From Lingula anatina (Eukaryota > Animalia > Brachiopoda), in NCBI GenBank assembly GCA_051362555.1, contig CM120641.1, positions 43,282,401-43,346,400 of the forward strand: 64,000 nt of DNA. The letters run 5' to 3'. This document shows positions 1-14,700 of this stretch, piece by piece; positions within the stretch are counted from its first letter, which is position 1; the number at the start of each line of letters is the position of its first letter. Below the pieces are notes generated by a model. It saw only the letters and a program-made list of their open reading frames with translations. It was not told the DNA's origin and made no database searches. The position numbers were made by a program, and so were the translations under genes.

Positions 1-1947
1 AAAAAAACATTAAGCAGGCCCAATTGCTGCACAGAGCATTGTTCTAGAGCACATCAGAGCAGAAGTGAGGTTTTGGTGGAGTTAACATTCTAAATTAAAG
101 TTGCACTTCGTTGAAAATAAAAAAAAAAAGAGAAGAGATACCTTGATTGAAGATCTGCAGGTATTTATGCTTAGAGTACTTGTTACTACTTAATCTTCAG
201 CATTGTAAAAAAATTGTCTTTAAGAGGATATTTTATTGTATTTTTTGGCTTACATTGTGACTATGATGAAATATCTGTATGAAGATATTATAAAGAAGAC
301 ATGGCTTGATGAGCTTTTCAAAACGATATCACATATAAATTACTTGCATCAAACTACACGTAATCACCCTTGCCAGTAATTTGGGACTCATTTAGCACTT
401 GGGATAGTAATAAAATTTAAGTTGCCTCAAAGGTTTTCATGTAGATGTGTTGTTAGATAATATAGAGTATCAGATTTTAGGTGTTAGTAAGCCCTAATTT
501 TAGCCCTTCATTGCAGTAAACAGGCAGTTGATTTTGTTGGATTTGAAAATCAAATACTCAATGTTCACGATATGGCTGTGGGCACTTCATGGGGAAATTT
601 TACCACAGGTTAGGAACTTTAAAGCACAGTATGTAGTTTAAAATGTGCACTTATGCTTGTGCATTTTTACTCAAAGGAAAATAACAGTAAAATTCTTGAG
701 CACAAGCAAATTATTCAAATAATAGTCATTCTGTATATTAATCATGATAGGGCTATATTGTCTGCAAATTAGGTTTATATTAAACTATTCTGTACATAAG
801 CAGTTAATTTACTGCTTGAATTGCATTTAATTCTAAAAGTGAGCAGAAATAGTTCTCAAAGATCATCATTATAAGTACAAATTTTTGGCAAACTTAATTA
901 TATTGTGTCCTATTATCTAGGTTGCTCAATTTGTTGAAAATGTGGTCAACCCTGGGGGGAATTGTATGGTCACTTGTTGCTACCTCTCATGTTAACTAGA
1001 AAAGTGCTGCCAGTGTTACTTAACTACCATGTCGTCAACATGTGTCCAGTTACTTTGAGACAGCTTGCTCTTATTGGTTCACACTAGCACAGAATTCCTT
1101 TTTTGCAAAAGTGCTCGATAATTTAAGCTAAATCAAACTTATGAACTAAATTATTTGTGTAATTCCTCCAAAAAGGTAAAATGCCTTATATTTCCAAAAG
1201 CCTAAATAGTACATCTGGCTTTGACCAAAATTTGCTGTGCTAGTGACCTTACTCATATATACAGCAGTCAGTGGAATCATTCGTTTCACAGAATTGAAGT
1301 GATATGTAAGGTGGATTATTATCATTATTATGCAAGGTGAAGTATATTGCTTTGAACATTTAAGTAGAATATAAGACGTTAAAGGTGAATTAACAGCATG
1401 TGTAAGTGTACCTCAGATTTCCGCACAGACCAATGGATCCTCGAGGTTATAATTTATAAGTACATACGATCTGTCACCAATTCCAGGTCATGTATACTCT
1501 TGCCATTCATTTGTTCAAAAAGGCTCAGAGATAACTGATGTAACAGCTACCAGAAATTTTTTTCAGTGGTGGCCAAATGCTATATCACTCTGTTGGGATT
1601 TCAAAAGATACAGCATATACATGTATTAGAACAATACAATGTATGAGTTTGTTAAGAGCTTTACGTTATATACATGTAGTTGAATAATACATGCCATTTG
1701 CTTGTATTCAATGTTGAGTAATTTATATAGCATCACTGTGCTACTCAATAAGCAATTCCCAAGGTACAACTTAAATGTATCGACTTTTAATAACTCCACT
1801 GTAATGTTGATTTGATTCAATTATAATCCATGTACAGTGTGTATGCACAAGTAGTTCTAGGAAAAAAGCAGGTGCTTTGAACAGTGTTGACATCTTAATG
1901 ACATAACTGCCACATCAGACCTCTTAATTTACTGTACAACAAGGAAT

Positions 1948-1989
1948 AATAAATACAACGAATTCATTTTGTTTTACAACTGATTTATT
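1948..1989. terminator. Convergent polyadenylation signals: + strand AATAAA (1948-1953) and - strand AATAAA (1984-1989)
   Basis: Bases 1-1950 look like the T-rich 3' UTR of an upstream + strand gene. From ~1980 the skew reverses, consistent with the NCAPG2 3' UTR on the minus strand. One AATAAA on each strand sits at the switch point. Confidence 0.5.
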
Positions 1990-2780
1990 TCAGCACATTT
2001 CACTGTCACAACCTCAGCTATGCAACATATGAATTAAAGACTAAATATCAGTTCATATCTTTGCATCATAAAATTTGAAGTTTTCATAAATTTAAAATGT
2101 CAAAATAATGTCATTTAGTTATGAAACAACATTTCCTAATCACTGACAATGTTTGTTGGTCAAGTGAGTACAAAAGCAATAACAACAATACAAATGGCTT
2201 TCCTTAATAACGGTTACCAAGCTTGGTACATGATCCATTTTCAGAAGTAATTTTTACATAATTCTGTGAATAACGTCATGTTCTTTTATAATTTAACAAA
2301 ATGCACATGTGGAAACCTTTTAGATGCCAGAACTTGACATGTAAACTGTCATGTTTTTCAAGTACTTAGTCCAGATTTTACCATAAAGTCTCAGAAGATT
2401 AAATCTAAATTCTCTATCCTCTGAAACCCCATACTGTCTGGTTCTTCTATATACAATATAATTTTTGCTAGCATTTTTTATTGAATGTAATATAAATTAA
2501 AGATAGAATTCTACTCAGCAGCCAGCCACTTCAATTTCATTACATAGTTACTCTATAATACAGGCTACAGCCAGGTACCTGTATTCCTCATTGATCAACT
2601 AAATGACTCTATACACATCATGATCATCAGTGGTAAGTGGGCCTTCAAATACAACTTGTTCCCCAGTGCCCCATGTCTCTTGGGTGAAGCAGTCTACACT
2701 GATGAAGGACCATCACAGCAGAAAGCATGCTATACTCCCTGTACTTGATAACCTGTGATGTATCAGTACAGAGCCTAACA

Positions 2781-5700
2781 TTAAGCCACCATCCCAGCCT
2801 GCTGCATGCAAGACTTCAGGACTGTCTTACTGCTGCTGTACAGGTGTCTAAAAGGAGAGGGAAAACGGAATTAGAATCTTTTTTTATGCAAAGAAATTGA
2901 AAGAGATGTTTATAATGCAGGAACTTCCATTTATCTTATTTATATATTAATATTTTTGGACAAAATTGATACAATCTAGCAACTATTTGCTGGAAAATTT
3001 CCATCCCAAAGTTCAGTACTGTTTTCAGTCAAACTTTGAAATGAAAACTCCAGACGATCCAAAGTCTTGCCACTATGGATGTAGCTCCAGAATCTGAAAT
3101 GAGGAATGCTTGAAAACCAGTGAACTCCAAAAGTTGTCAGCCCCAACTTATCAGCTGCTTAGCAGTAATAATGCTGCAAAGTTGCTGTGGGCATATGAAG
3201 TAAAAACAATGATGCAGATCTTCTGGGATTAAAATACTTTTGATAAACTGCTGATTAGGAGGCTGGGAAATCCTGTCCAAGATTCCAAATATCTTTTCAT
3301 TCTCAGCAAATAATAAAGCATTCCATATTCATATTCTATATTCATAACATTACTACAACAACAGGGACTCTCAATGCTACACTTGTAAATTGATTATAAA
3401 CATTTTTGCACAAAGCATCATGATCACTTTGAACCCTGACCTTTCTGGAGACTCTCCCTCTTCTTCTAATACAGGCAACCTTTGCAACTGAACTTGTAGA
3501 GCTGTGATTGAGTTCTTTAGGCCATCTTCACCTGGCTTAACTGCAATAACATAGAGAATAAATAAATGATAAAAGTGTCAATATACTAATCTTTATGAAT
3601 CAGTAAAACTAAAATAACACATTCCAGTTTAAATTTATATTAAATACGATATCAACCAAATTCATATTCAAACTGTGTACTATTTGATACCACCATAATA
3701 TGAATATTAGAACTTGAAAAAGCCAACACATTTATGGGTCCTTGGTCAAATTTCAGAAAGGAATGTCTTCCAACTAATTCAGTTAAAAAAATTTAATACC
3801 AATATAATAACAGAAAATCAAAAAATATCTAAAAAACTGAAACAAGAACTGTAAGTAATATCCTATCAAATTGGTTTGATCTCTCTCTAGGATTTTATTT
3901 CCTTCAGCTAAGCAGCTGGATAATTTTTTTAACAAATCCAAATCCAGGACCAGATTTGTGAGACTTCTGTCAATAAAAAAATAGAATTTACATTTGCTTA
4001 AACAATAATTGACAATATGCTTAGCATTTTTCTTAAATACACAGTGCCAAAGTCAACAAAATCGGTATACACGTACTTCTGCTGAATACTGCTAAAATTT
4101 GAAGTGCTGAAGCAAGACCAAAGATATCTTGTATAGCTCCACTGTCCAAACAATGGTAAAGTTCTTCCAGAAAAAATCTGCAAGTGAAATGTTTTAATGT
4201 TTTATCATCTTCATAAAAGTTACCAATTATACATACAATTTTGTAAGTGTAACTTTTAATGGAAATTCATTTTTCATAGTAAATGGAATCAATTACAACA
4301 GAGAAAATTGAAACCACCTCAAATACAAAGTAAATTTTACACCAGAAAAACAATGAACAATATGACAAGATGAAGCTCTGATGCTATGGGTACAAAAAAG
4401 TGTATTTTAGGCACGAACACCATGGTTGATATTCCTTAGAGGATATATGATAAAAATTAACATCTGTACCTGACCATTCCACTCTTCTTGTTGACAGCAG
4501 TGAGCAGGAAAGCAGACAGCATAGGAAGCTGGTGCAGACCCTCGTATTCTGACACCTCTTGTTCCTGTGGGGTATTGGAAAAAGAAATATTGATAAAACA
4601 AATACATTTTAAAATTGTCTCTCTCTCCATATCCAGAGATTACAGGTGGCCCCCTCATTCCTCGTAATGTGAAGTGTAGCAGACACAGGTATAAACTAAA
4701 CTGTTTATCAAACAGATTGTAACTTCTTCTTTTGACAGCTGAATTGATATGCATTAGCAGCATTTTGGTTAATTTTATGAATCATTTGAGTCATTTTCCT
4801 AAAGAAAATGGAACAGCAAAATAAAACGACTTAAGACTTTTCACATCTATCCTATGAAAATCACAAGCTGAAGTGTAGATATGCAAAAAAAAAAAAAATA
4901 CCTGTTTAATTGTATTGGTCACCTCCGCAAGCACGGCAGCCATGATGGTTGCCATGACATCACGGCTGACGTCTACCCTGCCAGGTCTCTGGCGATGGAA
5001 GGATTTCAGGACTTCAGTCAATGGCTGTCTGATTCTGGGAACGACCTTGAAACAACAGTAAAATGATAAAAGATAACATTCATAACTTAGTTGGATTTCT
5101 AAAATTAGAGCTTTCTCTGGTGGTGGGAAAAACTTAAATGTGACAACCAAATTTCAGAAGACTACATTCCAGACTCTGCTATGTGTCTCACATTCTAAGC
5201 CAGAAGGCATTGGAAAGGACTTTAATAGTGGCATAACAGATAAATATATCTTAGATTTTGTTCAGTCAGAATACTTTATATTTATTTGACTGATAACATC
5301 TTACATTATTAAATATTAACAATATTACAGCAATACTGTCTGTACCTTCTCAGCTGCTATCTTATCATGGTGCACCAATTTGGCGACAGTCTGTACCACA
5401 GTGCTCAGTAGAACTGGTACCAGGTCAGCCGTACCCTGGCCCAGACCCTCATCTGGCTCCCTGGACCCCGCCCCCTCATCCTCATCTTCCTCCTGAGACT
5501 GGAAGTGCTCTGTTATCTGGTACAACAGCTTACATATCAGTGGCAGGAAGAATGTGCTGCGCTCTGCATGAAAAAATGATAATTATTCACTTTCTAAGTC
5601 CATATCTAATAGATTATCTTAGGAAGGAGAAAAACTGAGGAAAAAATCAATTATCATCAACATTTTTTTTTCTTTCAGAGTGGGGAAATTCTGCATTCTG

Positions 5701-8700
5701 CTTTACTATAACAATTCTACATATTAATTAAAAAATATTGTCTGAAGTCTGACTTTCTGTGTGCACATATTCTGAAAAATTACCAGTATGCAGAAGTCCT
5801 GTTCCAATTTCCACCAGTCTTGATATGAACTCTCTGTCGCAAACTCCCACCAGCAGCATATTGGAGGCAATGGTAAGCAGTGTCTAAAAAACAGAGGAAA
5901 TGCAGGTACTTCAATGACAAACCTATATAAACCTATAATTCAAACTGCAGTTTTAGTCTTAAACAGTCTAACCCAAGTTGTATGTATAATTATATAAATT
6001 CATATGTATTTATGCATAAATAACAACAAAATGAGTGGAATCACCTCAATGAGTGTCTGAGTCATCTCAGTCAAGGTTGGAGCTTGAGAGTCTGACACTG
6101 TCCTCTTCTTGCTGTGTCTGTCCTGTTCTTCTGCTGTACTCTCCACTGTGGTCTGGTTTAGTGAGGGCAGCAGCTCTGTATCTGCCCAGCTCAGCAGGTG
6201 CTCTACCACAGTCACGGCATTGTGGTCTGCATTGTCCTGTGTAATATATATATCATACCAATATTTTATGAAATCTAATTCCACACATGCTCAGTACATT
6301 CCTACAGTCACAGCCTTGTGGTCCGAATTGTTCTGTGTAGAATATATTTATCATACTTATATTTTAGTAAATATAATTCCACACATGCCCATTTCAGATG
6401 ACATTCAATATGGCACTGAACATTGGTGACATGTTATCTCAGGTAAAACAATTTTCATTTTGTGTATTATATAATATATATACAATGGTTGAATAAAAGA
6501 AAACAGTATCTATTTCGTATTTACAAAAAATAGCATTCTGAATCAACTAAATAATGTAAAATCACCAAATAAATTAATATTCCTCAAGAAAAAGTAAATT
6601 TTTCTCCACCTTACAAATAATTGCTTGACCTATCCCTGCACTTGGATTTGATGTTCTACACTATTAAAAAAAACAACATTGGGACATTTTCAGACGTGTG
6701 CAAATTTCCTTCAAGTTTTGCTCTACTTACAGGGTTATGTAGAAGCACTTCCAGTTTACAATATAGAGTGAAAGCTTCCACCAGGAACTTGTCAGAAGTA
6801 TGTGTGCCCAAGGCCTCTGAACTTCCCAGCCTCTCTTCAATCAGTTTCTATAACAGAGATCAAGAATATGTAATCTGTAAGTATTATAAAGGAAATGCAT
6901 CACTGCAAGTTTTATAATCAACCATTTTAAGTGAATATGTCTACTATTAACAGAAAAAGGTCATCTTAAACAAACTTGAATTATTAACCCCAACCTCCTT
7001 TTTAAAAAAAATAACAGTAAGTGTTTGAGAAACAGACAAGAAACTGATATGGTAAAACATAAATATAAAACAGCAATATTTATAATGCATTACCAAAACG
7101 TCTGCCAACTCAGCTGTAAGCTCTGTCAGCTCTCTTCTGCCTTGGTTCAGCAGTGCCTCCCTGCAGAGGGCGTGTTTGGTCAAGTACCCAAGATAAGCCA
7201 CAGCCAAGAGAGGTTTAGGAACACCTGGCTCACAGAAGGTGACACTCTTGGCTTTTCTTCTGGCCTGGAAACAGACCAAACATACACATGCTGATATCAA
7301 TTTAATACCACATAATATTTTCAATATTTTCTAGAAACATTAAAAGATCCCTGCTATTCAAGGACAAAAAATTTTGACCAAATAAGTCTTCTTTCTATAC
7401 CTTTTTCTTCAAATTCAAAATACTGTAATGGACTTAAAACAGTGAAGTTATGAATTCATCAAAATAATACGTAATGATGCCATGGAGATCAAAAAGCTTT
7501 TACAGTACACAATTCAGAGCTGAAAGTAAAAAACAAAACTTTACATTGAGACCTTCCATATTGTGCACACACCTTAGAAGCAGAAGAGTTCTGTGCGTCT
7601 GCCGTCTCTCCTCTCAATCCAGTATATATCCACTCTGAGACTAAAGCCAAAATGTCCTTGACCTTGCCCCAGCTACACATTGATTCCAGCAGGGTACCAT
7701 AGTCTGGCTCTGCAGAGCTCTCCTCCAGGGATTTCAGCTTCGACAGACAACTACGACTAGAATAAAAAAAGTATATACATCTGACTTATTTACGTTAAAA
7801 GCGTGTTTTCTTTGATATATTGAGGGTTGTATAGGTGATTATAGCAGTACGTTAGAAAAAGAGAAGGTATGTTGATCTGACTGCATGCAACTAGAGTCCC
7901 AGGAGATTTAGATTGACTTAATCTCACTGGGAATGAAACCTTACTTTCCACCACATCACCTTCTAGCTTCCTTATGAAAGTTGCAAATTTCATACCCTTT
8001 TTCTTACAGTAACCAAAGATTCCTTCATAAAGGACCTAATTTGCATTATAGGCCTGTTGCAAGGCATAAATGATTACCTTATGGTAGGAATTGAACTTGC
8101 AGGAAGAAAACCAGCCAGGAACACCAGAGCATCATAGCAGCGGTTGTCCTGGAGAAGATTATTCAAAAAAATGTAATAATAAACCTGGAACATGATCATT
8201 TGCTCATTGAGAAAGACCATCTGGTCTAAAATTCAACTTAAAAATCTTTTTTTAAAATAAAGAAACATGTAATTGAACTAATCTAACAAAAATTAATTAA
8301 ATCAAAAGTTAAACACTGGTTTTTAATGAGAAAAACTCACACAGCAGGATAATTTTATTTGTTAAAACAAGTCAACCTACGTGCATCACCCTGAAGAAGT
8401 CGGGCAAGCACTTGCTAAACTTAGCATGTAGTTTCTCCTTCAGCTCTGCATTGGCTGGCTTGTCCAGCTGTGCACTGACCCCTCCCCAGAGGACCACCAT
8501 GGTCTCCAGTAGACCTGACATCACCTCGGTGTCATTCAGGGTTAATTCTGTCTCCAACTCATTCTCCTGGAGTATTGAGACAAGATTTACAATTACCTCC
8601 AGCATAATGGCAAAAATGAATTCTAGTAATTAAGCCTTTAAAATTGTCTCACATTTCTGACCTTTCACTTTTTAAGACATCATTTCTGACACTTGCCAAA

Positions 8701-11700
8701 ATGTTATCTCTGACACAAAGCCAAATAACTTCAAAACATCTGGATCACTAAAATTGCTTATTTTTTTTAGGGGAAACTATTAATTCATGTTGTTGGAATT
8801 TATTGAACGATTATGATATATCATCTTAAGCCAAGAAAATACAAACAAAAAGGAATTGCATGATAACAAAATAATTAACAAGAAAACACTAAGCACATAT
8901 GATAACAAGAAAGAGCCATCACTGCCTACTTTGACAGTAAAACCAGCTAAACATTCAAGAAATAAAATTTACATATCACAAAAGATTATAACATAAAATG
9001 ATTGATACAATAAACATCATGGTCTCTGAGTAAAGCAGTGCTATAACCCTACCTTCTCTTCCTCATCCTCCTCTTCATCCAGTCTGTTAGACATCTCCAC
9101 CCCACTGTCACTGACACGGTGTCTGCGGACACACTCCGAAACACAGCGACACAGATACATGATGAACTTCACTGAAAAACATTAAAATATCTCAATATTC
9201 AACCCAGTCAATTCTGCATCTCTGGGAACCAGGGTAACTATGTTCAATAACAAAAGATATCATTAGAAATTCAGTATTTTTAATACTCAAGATGGACAAA
9301 ACTGAAATTTTCAACATCAATTCCCAATTCTATGTGAACTTCACCCATAATGTAAACACATTCAGCCACCATTTTATCAATCCTTTCTCTCTCTACCTGT
9401 GTGCTCTAGGTCCATATGACAATGTGCATACTGGTAAAACCTCCTTGCTGCTCCAGCGTTGGCTTGGATCAGGTTGTGACAGCGAGCCACCTGGACCTCC
9501 ATCCCCTTCTCCACTGGCATGTAGCTGTTGAAAATCAGGGTGACAATTCTCTTCACTATAGGTGGAGTATCAATTTCAAGACGAGCCAGGAGATGTTCCA
9601 TTGGTACTATGGTCCAGAACTGAAATTGGGTAGTTTTAACATAGATGTAATCATAATAGTAAAAAAATGTATGTGATTGCAATTTCAATTCACTTCTTTT
9701 TATGTCTGATGTATAAGGTAAAAAGCTCATTCATTCAAAGCAAAATATTTTCCAAACTTTTTTTTTGTAATTTTTGTGGTCTGGGTAGTTTACTGAGATA
9801 TATCAATATTATGAGCCTGTGTGTGATCTAAGATTAGAAAATGAAATACTATTTCAATATTTTAAACAGAGCACCTCTAGACCATGTAATGGTTTTCTTC
9901 AAAAAATACTTCATTTAGACCCAAACCCATTTGCCCTATGAGCCTGATACTACAAGAGTTTGAAAATTACAGGTAATAACTATAAAAAGTAAGGTGTCTA
10001 CCTTGATGGCTCTCATTCCTTTCACCTTCAGCAGCATCTCCATGAAGGCCACGCGGACTTTCTCTGAAGTGTCATGTAAGAGGTTACTGAGGCCAGGCAG
10101 TACTGTCTTAAACAGTGGGTGGGACAGGTGGTTGTCCAGAAGGAAAGTAAGGCCCTACAACAATATAATAATAAATTTATGAATAAAAATAATAATTCAC
10201 TTTTTAAAATTCGTACACATCTCAAACTACTGGCATAATATTGAACATTAAGAAAAAGTTTTTTCCAGTTGAAAAAGATATTAGAAATGGATACTGAAGC
10301 TCAACGACCCCTCAAAAGCACACATGCCATTGCTTATCAATATCTACTAAACCAAAATATACTCAGAAAATTACAGTGACAGTACCTCTAACCTAATACC
10401 TGTGTTCATTGCTATTACCTTGAGGACGGCCACTCTGACATCACTGGAGGCAGCATCCCAGGCCAGGTCTTGTACCAGACTCTGTACCAGACCTGCTATG
10501 GTCTGTGAGGGAATCAGCTCCCAGAATGTACAGCAAATCCTGCACACACCGTGGATGGTGGTAGCTCTTACTACAGGACAAGGGTCTTCAAGCAGGGTCT
10601 GGAACAGTACAGAACCCAACCTTCAATACAATCTACGTTTCAGGCCCATAGCCAGCAATTTCAAAGGGGGGGGTGTCTTTCTCTGAAAAAGTGGAACTTT
10701 CACCATGAAATTTGCATGTACCTTTATCAATTTTTACCCAGAGCAGGCCTTTTTCCTGAAAAAAAGGGTGGTTTGTTCCAGCTCTCCGAACACCCTCTGG
10801 CTATGCCGTACAGGCCTTTATTTTCTCCATCAAGGGATACAGCTTTGATTTTTAAGACCTGGCATACATTCAGTAAATGTGATCAGGGGGACAGACAAGT
10901 ACCTGCAGCATGTCAAACTGTTTCTGCATCAGTCTGTCTATCTCCTCCACATTGTCCTCAGGGTTCTGCAGTGGGAAGGCATCTATCATCAAGGCTGCAG
11001 CATTAGCCCGTACATTACCATTGGCTACCTGGGAATAAAGAAGAAATCAGTAGGTTATTTAGTTAGTGAACTAATTAAGATGATAAATAATTATATAAAA
11101 ATATTTCAAGAATTTTGACAATTAAATAGTGAAAGTAAGCCAAGTGCATTCTTTCACATCCACACTGTAAACTTCTCCAAGTATGAAATCACATGACATT
11201 TTTTGTCTACGTACTTTAAGTGACCTCCAGAGAATAGGCTCATACAGTCTCAACAGCATCTCATCAACACCCTTCTGCTTCTTCTGCTGGTGGAAATATT
11301 CGAGGACCTGAGAATAATTAAAAGTTTATAATTCTTTGATTAATAAATTTAATCTTTTAAAGTGCACCACGGCTTTCCCAAAATAAAACACAGATCATTT
11401 TAATTGCAAAAATATAAAGGTTGAGATTGGGTTTAATTTTCAGATCCTCAATAAAACAGATCTGCCAACTTTGTAATTCAACCTTAGTCTTTTTTCAAAA
11501 GGCACTGTTCAGTTCTGAATCACTCTCGCCACCATGGGGAAATACTTTACTATTTGTTAATTACCTTTCTCAGTGAGGAAGCCAGGGAGTGTGTGGATCC
11601 TCTTGGAGCATGTACAGCATGATACATCAGGTCTTGAATACAATACAACTCTATTTTCTAAGAAATAATAATAATAAACACAGTTTCAATATGTCTTTCC

Positions 11701-14700
11701 TTGTAACAAGGCAACCTTATAGCAAAGACCCTGAAGTTCTTTAACAGAAAAATCAAAGTACCATTTTACAACAAATTTTTTTTTAGACCTGAATTGATCC
11801 CAAAATTTATTTTTCATATTTTCACATCCATTTTACACAAACTTAAATACACATGCATGCAAACACACTGATCTAAAAAGAGGTGCATACACACACACAG
11901 GCATACACACAAACACAACTCTTACCTCCAGGAAAGGTCCTGCAGCCACTCTCCAGGCACGGAAGTAGATGTCTCCATACCACTGCAACACACTCCTGGG
12001 AAAATGACAAGTTTATATGTCAATCACTATTACACCATCATGTAAACATTTGTGTTTTGTATTCATGTAAGTACTAATCAATATTTTTAATGAGAAAAGG
12101 ATACCTGGCTCTATTTCACATAACTCCTTATGCTCACACAAACATTTTGTGATTTCAATACATAATATGTACAATAATCTTCAGTTAAAGCATACAAAAT
12201 ATGTTTTCTAAATAAATCATTTTGGAAAGTACTTATTCATTTGGCAAAACAAAATGCTGCAAGACTGAAGGTTTGCTCTGTTCTTACTTGGAGCAATATG
12301 GCAGCTGGTTCTTCACTGTCCTGTGGAGACATTCAATGAAATTACAGTTCAGACTGAACAGAAAGCTGAGGAACAAACGGCCCTGAAATGAATACAAATA
12401 ACATCCAACTCATGCTATTATTGAAATATCTTATACAAGTACAACAGGCCTATATTCTAAGCAGTAATAAGACATAAAGGTCATGGTAATGGAGGTAGAT
12501 GTAGCTTTTTTTTTTATTTCTATTTGTGCACTGCACAAGACAAGTTTTTGTTAAGTTCTCAGTAAGATGCTAGCCACAGCCAGGTCATGGTAAAGGACAA
12601 TATGACTCTTCAAGTATTCACAGTTTACAGAAATTAATAGAATTTATGCCCTATGGGTATTATTTTGCCTTTATGGTTTATAATAGTGTTCACTATAAAT
12701 GTAGGTGCAGTAATTTATAACTATGCAACCATGTGTTTCCTCACCTCCTTCAACTTCAGATAAGCTGACTGCATCATGCACTGCTGTAACAGAGTCTTCA
12801 GTGTTTCACTGCTTTCATTCTGGAGATCCATGTGTTGTAGACACAGGTGGAGGTTCCACACTCTCTTGATGTCAGCAACCTGGTCGTTATGAAGTGTAGT
12901 AAAGATTCAATGTCATCCGTTTTGTAATGAAACTAATAACTTCTTTTATTTTGACTACTGTACTGTCTACAAATAACATTTTTTATCCAAAAGATACGAC
13001 TGAAAGGTGAATAGTTAGGTTGAATTGAAATTTTTTGTATAAATAATGTAAATATTTTCAATTATTTAGTGAGAATAAAATATGTCAATAAAATAAAAAC
13101 AACACATAAAATACAAGCTAAAGCGTATGGATTACACCTTACACACTGGATCCTCAAAGCATCACTATCACATATGGCAAAACATCTACACCAGGGCTAT
13201 AATACAACACAATTAAGTACAATTAAACAACTATAATTATAATGAATCATAAAACCCATCCTCTTACCAAAGGTTTGGGCTGGAGTGTTCGCTGCAGGAG
13301 GTACATAATGGTCTGAGGAGTGAGGTCCTCCTTCCCCTCTAGGTCTTCATTCCACCAGGTCTCACAGAACTTAGCTATGGCGTTCTTTAACTTGTCAGCA
13401 GACTCTGGCAGACTTAACAGAACACCTGAATGTAAGATTGATATTTACCTTACGCAGAGATTAGCTCATCTGTTGATTCAGGCATGATTATAAGAGGACA
13501 TGAATTTCAGGTAAAAGTATAAAAGTGACACATGAAGATTTACTTTACATAGCAATATTCCACTTTGTTTGTTTGTCAAATTTACCATTGATAGAGCTCA
13601 AGCCTTATTAACACTATTAGCAGGAGTCAGGCTTACCATGCAGTATCACAGCTGTCTCAAACAGTGACTGGGGAGCATCAGCGTGAGTTTTCACAGTTGC
13701 CATGGCCATGGTGAGAATGTGGTGGAGGAGAGTTGTCCTTTTCTGAGAGGCCTGGGAATGAAGAGGAAATTATATAGTTTGTAATCTTAGTGATTTCTTA
13801 TTTGATGCTAAACATAATCTGATCTGACTACTGAAAATATAAAATATTTTACTCTTTCTTATAATTGTCATCGACAATTTTTTGTTATTCAAGTTTAAAA
13901 TCGCAACTTGTTCAAAAAATCTATGTACCCAAAAGCAATACTACACTAGAATGATCCATGTAGATAACTACACTAGAATGATCCATGTAGATAACCAAGA
14001 AAAAAATAACATTCAATACACCCTTCTCTGTCCCCTCCAAGTTACATGAATATTCAATCATTAACACAAAAGCTTTAAATATCATTAAATATACGTGTTC
14101 CAGCATGTCATACCTTTTTCTCTTCCCCTTTCTCCTCCATATCACCTACTATTTATTAATAAGTCACAAACACAAAAGATAACATTGAGTGTACAGCATG
14201 TCATACCTCTCTCTGCTCTTCCTCTTCCTCCTCCCCATCCCCCATCTCCAGCAGAGCACTGGTACATATGGTCTGCAGTCCAGACCACAGCTGGTCCAGC
14301 TGCTTCTTGTCCATACTGCTGACCACTTCATCTACATCAATACTAGCTGGTATGGTGACCTGTTAGATGTCAGACACACAGATGCCTATACTGTACTGTA
14401 CCATTACATGAATCATTTTGTATTCAACATACGTATAAAATCTGTTTGATTGACAATTTTGAAGTACATCGCCGATATGATTAAACATGGATTCTTCTTT
14501 TTTTTTTTTTTGGTCGCAAATCAATGCGGGCATAGTGATCTCTTGATTATCCCTGGCATGCTTTATGAAACATGAGGAACATACAGGCGAGGAACTTGCT
14601 GTTCACTTTATAATGTGGTGCTTGCAGCAAATACCAGTACTTTGACATGACGGTGTCATCATGAGTACAGATGCAATTGTATATGTCACGTTAAACATAT

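Noticed and set aside
14207-14260. Apparent frameshift in the NCAPG2 acidic exon
   Set aside because: Recounting the C run gives an open frame, LLEMGDGEEEEEQRE, with a phase-0 donor.
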